From NCBI GenBank assembly GCA_963719225.1, contig CAVRAY010000002.1, positions 224,001 through 288,000 on the forward strand: a stretch of DNA of 64,000 nucleotides, written 5' to 3'. The notes under the pieces were generated by a model. It was not told the DNA's origin and ran no database searches. It saw only the letters and a list, made by a program, of their open reading frames with translations. The first letter of the stretch is position 1. Each line of letters starts with the position of its first letter. Source of the DNA: Thermoanaerobaculia bacterium. Lineage in GTDB: Bacteria > Acidobacteriota > Thermoanaerobaculia > UBA5066. The translations under genes were made by a program, and so were the position numbers. This document shows, piece after piece, positions 58,389 to 64,000 of this stretch.

Positions 58389-58724
58389 CTACTGAAGCCT
58401 CACCCGTCCCGCGAAGCCTTCCTCGTAGCCGTGGAAGAACTCGAGGGACTCCTCGGGCCACTTCCAGCAGTAATAGCCCGCGCCCGAATCGAAATCCACG
58501 AGCCACGGCCCCTTGACCTCGATCCCGAGCTCCTCGATCCCGTTCGCCCATTCGGCGAGCGTTTCGGCCACGGCCCGCTCGGTCCGTGTCCCGCCGGGCC
58601 CGTCGTCGGACGGGATCTCCATCTCCGAGAGCGCCTCGACCGCACGCCGGGTCCTTTCGCGCACCTCGGGGAGGAGGGCGCGAGCCTCCTCGAACGTGAA
58701 CGTCTTCCGCGGGGTCTCGCCCAT
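58389..58724 (-). CDS. DUF2203 family protein
   Basis: FTFEEARALLP, LGIEVKG..LVDF, YCWKWPE, FHGYEEGFAGR. Confidence 0.85.
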   Translation of the reverse strand: MGETPRKTFTFEEARALLPEVRERTRRAVEALSEMEIPSDDGPGGTRTERAVAETLAEWANGIEELGIEVKGPWLVDFDSGAGYYCWKWPEESLEFFHGYEEGFAGRVRLQ

Positions 58725-58752
58725 CGCGTGAGGATAACGCGTCCCAGGCCCT

Positions 58753-59940
58753 ATGATCCGCCGCGTGAAGGCGCTCGCGAGAGGCAGCACGGAGGTCGAG
58801 GCCGAGGCCGTCCGTCTCCGCCGCGCGATCCATGCCCGTCCGGAGACGGCGTTCGAGGAGATCGAGACGGCCCGCCTCGTCGCGGATCGCATGCGCGCGC
58901 GCTCTCTCGCCGTGCGTACGGGCGTCGGAAAGACGGGCGTCCAGGCCGTCCTCGACACGGGCCGGCCCGGAAAGACGGTTCTCCTCCGGGCCGACATGGA
59001 CGCCCTCCCCCTCGCGGAGAAGACGGGGCTCGCCTTCGCGGCGACGAACGGAAAGATGCACGCCTGCGGTCACGACGGGCACGTGGCGGCGCTCGACGCG
59101 GCGGCGGATCTCCTCGTCCTCGACCCGCCCGCCAGGGGGCGCGTCGTGTTCGCGTTCCAGCCGGGAGAAGAGGGCGCCGGCGGCGCGCAGGCCATGATCG
59201 CCGACGGCGTGCTCGACGACCCCCGACCCGACGCGGTTTTCGGCGTGCACCTCTGGGCCGCGCTGCCGCTCGGACAGGTCGGCGTCGCGCGCGACGCCAT
59301 GATGGCGGCCGTGGACGAATTCTCGATCGACGTGACGAGTCCCGGCGGCCACGCGGCCTCGCCCCACGAGACGCGGGACACGGTCGTGGCGGCCGCTCAC
59401 GTCGTCACCGCGCTCCAGACGATCGTGGCGCGGCGTCTCTCGCCGCTCCTGCCGGCCGTCGTCTCGGTAACGTCGATGCACGGGGGGTCGGCGTTCAACA
59501 TCCTGCCCGAATCGGTGGTGCTCCGCGGCACGTGCCGGTCCTTCGACGCCGAAGTCGCCGAGCGCCTGCCATCCCTCGTCCAGGAAGTCGCCGAGCACGC
59601 CGCGCGTGCTCTCGGCTGCGAGGCGAGGACCGTGTACCGGAAGCTCAACCCCGCTGTCGTGAATCACCCGAAGGAGGGCGAGCGCGCACGTCGCGTCGCC
59701 GAAGCTCTCTTTCCGCGCGCGTCGGCGGCGGGCGTCACGACGTCCTGCCGGACGATGGGCGGAGAGGACTTCAGCGAGTTCCTCCAGAGGGTCCCGGGCG
59801 CCTTCTCGTTCGTCGGCGCGGCGCCGGCCGGCTTTCCGCGCGGACCGCACCACGCGCCCGACTTCGACTTCGACGAGCGCGCGCTGCCGCACGCGGCGCT
59901 CCTCCTCGCGGGCTTCGCGCGCGACGTCCTCGCCGACTGA
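58753..59940 (+). CDS. M20D amidohydrolase
   Basis: RR.IH..PE.AFEE, LRADMDALP, MHACGHDGH, FQPGEE, GGEDF, HH.P.FDFDE. Confidence 0.92.
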   Translation: MIRRVKALARGSTEVEAEAVRLRRAIHARPETAFEEIETARLVADRMRARSLAVRTGVGKTGVQAVLDTGRPGKTVLLRADMDALPLAEKTGLAFAATNGKMHACGHDGHVAALDAAADLLVLDPPARGRVVFAFQPGEEGAGGAQAMIADGVLDDPRPDAVFGVHLWAALPLGQVGVARDAMMAAVDEFSIDVTSPGGHAASPHETRDTVVAAAHVVTALQTIVARRLSPLLPAVVSVTSMHGGSAFNILPESVVLRGTCRSFDAEVAERLPSLVQEVAEHAARALGCEARTVYRKLNPAVVNHPKEGERARRVAEALFPRASAAGVTTSCRTMGGEDFSEFLQRVPGAFSFVGAAPAGFPRGPHHAPDFDFDERALPHAALLLAGFARDVLAD

Positions 59941-59959
59941 GGCCCTGAAGCGCTGACGC

Positions 59960-61288
59960 GTGGCCTTCGCCCTCGTCCTCTACGGCGCCGCCGTCCTCCT
60001 CGTCGGCTCTTTCGCGGCCAGAGCCGCCTCGCGCTCGACGGCCTCCTTCCTCGTCGCGGACCGCGGCCTCTCGGCGTTCACGTCCTGGGCGGCGCTCTCC
60101 TCCACAGTGATCGGCGGGTCCACGACCCTCGTCCTCGCGACGCTCGTCGTACGCGTGGGTCTCCCCGCTCTCTGGCTCGACCTCGCGGGTTCGCTCGGCC
60201 TCCTCGCCCTCGGCCTCTTCTTCGCGCCGCGCGTTCGCGCGACAGGCGCGACGACGATTGCCGAGGTCGTCGGAAGGACGTACGGAGAGGGCGTGCGCAA
60301 GATCGCCGCCGTTCTCGTCGTCCTCGCGGAGATCGTCTGGTTCGCGCTCCTGACCGAGGCGACCCAGACGGTCGTCGTCGCGACGACGCCCTGGCAACCC
60401 GTGCGCGTCCTCGTCGTCACGGCCGCGCTTTTCGTCGCGTACACGGCTCTCGGGGGCCAGCGCGCCGTCGTGAGGACGGACCTGCTCCAGTTCGGCCTCA
60501 TGGTGGCGGGCCTTCTCGCCGTGGCGCTTCCGCTCGCCGTCTCGTCCCTCTCCGCGTCGAAGCCGCCTGGGGAGCTCCTCCACTTCCCGACGGGCCCGCG
60601 CTTCTCGTGGGGCGACGTGGGCGCTCTCCTCGTCCTCGTGGGCCTGCCGCACGCCGTCGGAAGCGACGTCTGGGCGAAGCTCCTCTCCGCGCGCGACGCC
60701 CGCAGCGCACGGCGTGCGGCCCTCGGTGCGGCATTTTCCAAGCTCGCCTTCGGCCTCGCGACGGTCGCGATCGCCCTCGCGGGGATCGCGCGCGGCGTCG
60801 GCGGTCCTCCCCAGGAGCTCTTTCCCCGTACGGTCTTTCTCCTCGCGGGAACGGCTCTCGCCCCGCTCCTCCTCGTGGCCCTCGTCGCGACGATGCAGTC
60901 TTCGGCGGACTCCGTTCTCCTGTCGGCCGCCGCGGCCACGACGCACGATCTCCTCGGGCCGAGGGCGGGAGTGCTCGCCACCCGCCTCGCCGTCGTCGTG
61001 TACGGCGGTCTCGGCCTCGTCGTCGCGCTCGTGCTCCGCGACCTCATCGAGACTTTCCGCCTCGGCTACACGCTCTTCGCCTCCGGCCTCATCCTGCCCA
61101 CGCTCGTCGCGTTCCTGCCCGGAGTCCGCGTGGATCGGCGCTTCGCGGGGACCGCGATGCTGCTGGGCGGCGCGACCGCGATACTCGAGCGCTTCGCCCA
61201 CCCGTTCGGAATCGATCCCGTCCTCGCGGGCACGGGCATGAACGCCCTTGTCCTGCTCCTGGGCCTGCGCAGGGCTTCGACGGCCTAG
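59960..61288 (+). CDS. Sodium:solute symporter family protein
   Basis: FLVADR.L, YTALGG.RAVV.TD..Q, A.M.SSADS.L; about 13 TM helices. Confidence 0.85.
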   Translation: MAFALVLYGAAVLLVGSFAARAASRSTASFLVADRGLSAFTSWAALSSTVIGGSTTLVLATLVVRVGLPALWLDLAGSLGLLALGLFFAPRVRATGATTIAEVVGRTYGEGVRKIAAVLVVLAEIVWFALLTEATQTVVVATTPWQPVRVLVVTAALFVAYTALGGQRAVVRTDLLQFGLMVAGLLAVALPLAVSSLSASKPPGELLHFPTGPRFSWGDVGALLVLVGLPHAVGSDVWAKLLSARDARSARRAALGAAFSKLAFGLATVAIALAGIARGVGGPPQELFPRTVFLLAGTALAPLLLVALVATMQSSADSVLLSAAAATTHDLLGPRAGVLATRLAVVVYGGLGLVVALVLRDLIETFRLGYTLFASGLILPTLVAFLPGVRVDRRFAGTAMLLGGATAILERFAHPFGIDPVLAGTGMNALVLLLGLRRASTA

Positions 61289-61866
61289 AGGCCGGTCACG
61301 CGCAGCGCCGCGGCGACGATCCCCTCTCGCAACGCGTCGGAGGCCAACGGCGGTGAGGAAACTTCTCCGGCGCTCGTGTTCAGCGCGGCGAAGAGCGCGG
61401 CGTCGAGAAGCGTGAGGATGAGGCGGGCCGTCTCGGCCGGCGGCAACGGGCTCACGACGCCCGGCTCCGCGAGCGTCCTCGCGAGGAGCCTCGCGCGCGG
61501 GTCCTCGGGTGTCAGGGGGCCGGCGAGCCTCTGGAAGAGCGTCAGCCTCGCGAGAGAAGGCCGCGCGAGCCCGGCATCCCAGAGGGCGAGGACGGCCGAC
61601 GTCAGACGCTCCCCCGGCGACCCGCCGCTTCCCGGGAGCGCCACGTCCGGAATCGCGCGTTCGAGGACGGCACGATAGAGCTTTTCCTTGCTTCCGAAGT
61701 GGTAATGGAGGGTCGCGACGTTCACGCCGGCCCGAGCGGCCATCTGGCGCGTCGTGGCGCCCGCGAAACCCGCAACCGCGAAACACTCTTCCGCGGCGTC
61801 GAGCAGGACGCGCCGCGTTTCGACGGGATCGCCGCCGCGAGGGCGGCCGACGTGTCGTCTCGGCAC
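61285..61866 (-). CDS. TetR/AcrR family regulator
   Basis: GRPR, LLDAA...FA..GF.GATTR..A.RAGVN.ATLHYHFGSKE.LY. Confidence 0.9.
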   Translation of the reverse strand: MPRRHVGRPRGGDPVETRRVLLDAAEECFAVAGFAGATTRQMAARAGVNVATLHYHFGSKEKLYRAVLERAIPDVALPGSGGSPGERLTSAVLALWDAGLARPSLARLTLFQRLAGPLTPEDPRARLLARTLAEPGVVSPLPPAETARLILTLLDAALFAALNTSAGEVSSPPLASDALREGIVAAALRVTGL

Positions 61867-61892
61867 GCCGCGCATGCTAGCGTTCAGAAAGG

Positions 61893-62732
61893 GTGGGGGC
61901 GAAAAACGTTTTTTCCGTCTCGATCCGGGCGGCCGCGCGAAAGGAAGGCGGCCCCGGCGCTCCCCTCGACGCCGATCTTCTGCACGCGCGTGAGACGGAC
62001 CCGGAGGGGTCGCTCCTGGCCGTGGATCAAGAGGGCCGTCCGGTCGGCTCCGCTCTCGCCGTCGTCCGCGAGGACGCGCTTCTCCTCCTCGCGCTCTCCG
62101 TCACGGCGGAATGGCGGGGGCAGGGGATCGGAAGCGCGCTCCTCGCGGCGGCGCGTGCATATGGCGCCGCACGCGGCGCCCGCGCCCTGGACGTGCTCGC
62201 GCCCGAGGACCCGTCCACGCTCGCGTTCTTTTTCCGCGCCGGCCTCTCCGTCCGCTCGGTCGTTCTCGACCTGACGGCGACAACATCCGATGCGGCGGCC
62301 CCTTCCGGAGCCTCCCTCCATACCGTCCCTTCTGGACCTTCTCTTTACGGCTGGATCGCCACGCTCGACCGCGAGACCCGCGGCTTTGCCCGCCCGCGCG
62401 AGTGGGCGCGGTGGGCGCAGGAGGGTCGCGTCTTTTCGTGGCGCCGCAGCGGCCGGCCCGTGGCCATCGGCGCCTGGCAGACCGGACCCGCGGGGGTCGC
62501 TCTCGGTCCCATCGCGGCGAGAACTCCGGAGGGTGCCGCCGACTTCCTGCCCCTCCTCGCGTCGCGCGCCGGCGGCGGGCGCTTCTCTCTCGCGCTTCCC
62601 GCCGAGGCGCGGGCGCTCCTCGCTGCGGCCCGTCACCTCGGCTTCCGGCCCGTCTCGACGCGTGTCCTTCTCGCCGAGAGCAGGCGAGGAGATCTCCGCC
62701 GTTACGCGGGGGGGGGCGGCGTCTTCTTCTGA
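61893..62732 (+). CDS. GNAT-family N-acetyltransferase (tandem GNAT)
   Basis: LSV..EWRGQGIGSALL acetyl-CoA motif; second degenerate domain with LGPIAA and LGFR. Confidence 0.75.
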   Translation: MGAKNVFSVSIRAAARKEGGPGAPLDADLLHARETDPEGSLLAVDQEGRPVGSALAVVREDALLLLALSVTAEWRGQGIGSALLAAARAYGAARGARALDVLAPEDPSTLAFFFRAGLSVRSVVLDLTATTSDAAAPSGASLHTVPSGPSLYGWIATLDRETRGFARPREWARWAQEGRVFSWRRSGRPVAIGAWQTGPAGVALGPIAARTPEGAADFLPLLASRAGGGRFSLALPAEARALLAAARHLGFRPVSTRVLLAESRRGDLRRYAGGGGVFF

Positions 62733-62845
62733 AAGCCGGAAAGGGGCGGCGTCACTTCCCACGCGGGCGGGCTAAACTTCAGGCCGCATTCTTGCGTCTC
62801 ACGGCTGTCTGCCGGGCGCCGCGTCGCAGAAAGAGGAGATTCACG

Positions 62846-64000
62846 ATGCACCTCAAGCGTTTGTCCCCCCTGGCTTTCGCCGCGACGCTGGCCCTGCCGG
62901 CGGCCCTTCTCGCCGACACCCCCGCTTCCACGCAATGGGTCGTCACCTCGGCCAAGGTGTCCGGAGGAGGTAACGACTACGTCACCTCCCTCCGTATCGT
63001 GAACCCGAGCGCGGCCGCGGTCGACGTCGACATGTTCTTCCTCCCGCAGACGCCGCTCGACGCCTCGAACAACGCGCTCGGCGACAACAGCGGCGCCTCG
63101 AAGGTGACCGTGAACGTGCCCGCGAACTCCACGCTCGCCCTGGACGACGTCCTGGCCTCGAAGTTCTCGACCGCCGGTGCCGGCGGCATCCGGATCGAGT
63201 CGCACGCCCCCGGGGGCGGCCTGAATCCCGCCGCCGCCGGCGTCTGGGCCCTCTCGCAGACGCTCGTCGTGAACGCGCGGAATCAGGCCGGAACTCCCGG
63301 CACGAACGGGTTCGCGATCCCCTCCCAGAACCAGGACCAGGTCGTCGCCCTCGGCGAGACGGCGTACGTGCCGTACATCTCCGGGTCCCCGAGCCTCGCG
63401 AGCGGGTACCGCACGAACCTCTTTCTGCTGTCCACGAACGCGACGGGCTCGTCGGGTGTCACGGTGACGCTCCGCAAAGGGGACGGCACGTCGCTCGGCT
63501 CCAGGAACCTCACGCTCGGCAAGCTGGCGCAGACCCAGATCAACAACATCTCGAGCTTCTTCGGCTACGTCCCGACGGCGAGCGACACGAACCTGACCGC
63601 CCTCGTGACCGTCACGAGCGGCGGACCGGTGGCGACCGGCGCCTCCATCATCGACAACGCGATCGGGTCCATCAGCTACGCCCCTCCCGTGAAGCTGCCC
63701 GTCGCGAACAACGGCGCGTACGGGCTCATCTTGACCGACTGCTGCGGCTTTTCGGGGCGCGCGGAGGTTTCCGGCGGCGCGTTCGACTTCATCAGCGCAG
63801 GAGTCACGATTCCCGCCGAGAAATGCGGCGGAACGGATACTCTCTTTTTCGTTCAGGGCTTCGGGACCGCTCCAGCGAACGCGACGTTCACGAAGAACAG
63901 CGACGGCAGCACCTCGTTCATCGGGTCCATGTCGGACAACGCGACCTTCAGCGGCATCATCAAGACTTACTTCGACGGTTCCATATACGGCAACATCGTG
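62846..64000 (+). CDS. Secreted beta-rich protein (3' partial, not in ORF track)
   Basis: GAGGAG RBS, signal peptide MHLKRLSPLAFAATLALPAALLA; no stop before the window end; YVTSLRIVNP and YRTNLFLL repeats, SIIDN motif. Confidence 0.8.
   Translation, partial: MHLKRLSPLAFAATLALPAALLADTPASTQWVVTSAKVSGGGNDYVTSLRIVNPSAAAVDVDMFFLPQTPLDASNNALGDNSGASKVTVNVPANSTLALDDVLASKFSTAGAGGIRIESHAPGGGLNPAAAGVWALSQTLVVNARNQAGTPGTNGFAIPSQNQDQVVALGETAYVPYISGSPSLASGYRTNLFLLSTNATGSSGVTVTLRKGDGTSLGSRNLTLGKLAQTQINNISSFFGYVPTASDTNLTALVTVTSGGPVATGASIIDNAIGSISYAPPVKLPVANNGAYGLILTDCCGFSGRAEVSGGAFDFISAGVTIPAEKCGGTDTLFFVQGFGTAPANATFTKNSDGSTSFIGSMSDNATFSGIIKTYFDGSIYGNIV

Overview
High-GC bacterial chromosome segment, most likely an Acidobacteriota (Thermoanaerobaculia-like) genome; the taxonomy is inferred from gene content. 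Most of the window is housekeeping: mccA-mccB, ubiX-ubiA/mqnP-dNK, comEA-fimT, selB, polA, hutI, divIVA, yggS, rnhA, rpsU-mutS2-dnaG-rpoD-tRNA-Ile(CAT), fur, a Ser/Thr kinase, nrdJ with NrdR boxes, and iscA-MFS-sufT. I found no CRISPR array, transposase or prophage. The most distinctive region is 44.1-52.0 kb (minus strand). It encodes a histidine kinase with heme-c motifs, an archaemetzincin protease and a sigma-54 activator, followed by a sigma-54 promoter. That promoter precedes two microproteins, a HybA/HmcB-like Fe-S protein, a NrfD/HmcC-like membrane protein, a triheme cytochrome c, and two membrane-anchored glycine-cleavage-H-like proteins that both lack the lipoyl lysine; no catalytic subunit is encoded in the operon. 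Other oddities: a prephenate dehydratase-DAHP synthase-chorismate mutase triple fusion, a GAF protein ending in a RomX-like domain, a +1 frameshift in dnaG, a stand-alone PanC C-terminal domain, three genes that seem to start at near-cognate codons next to an upstream stop, many apparently leaderless genes, and a structured leader before a zinc-ribbon gene. All family assignments come from recognising motifs by eye; no searches were run.
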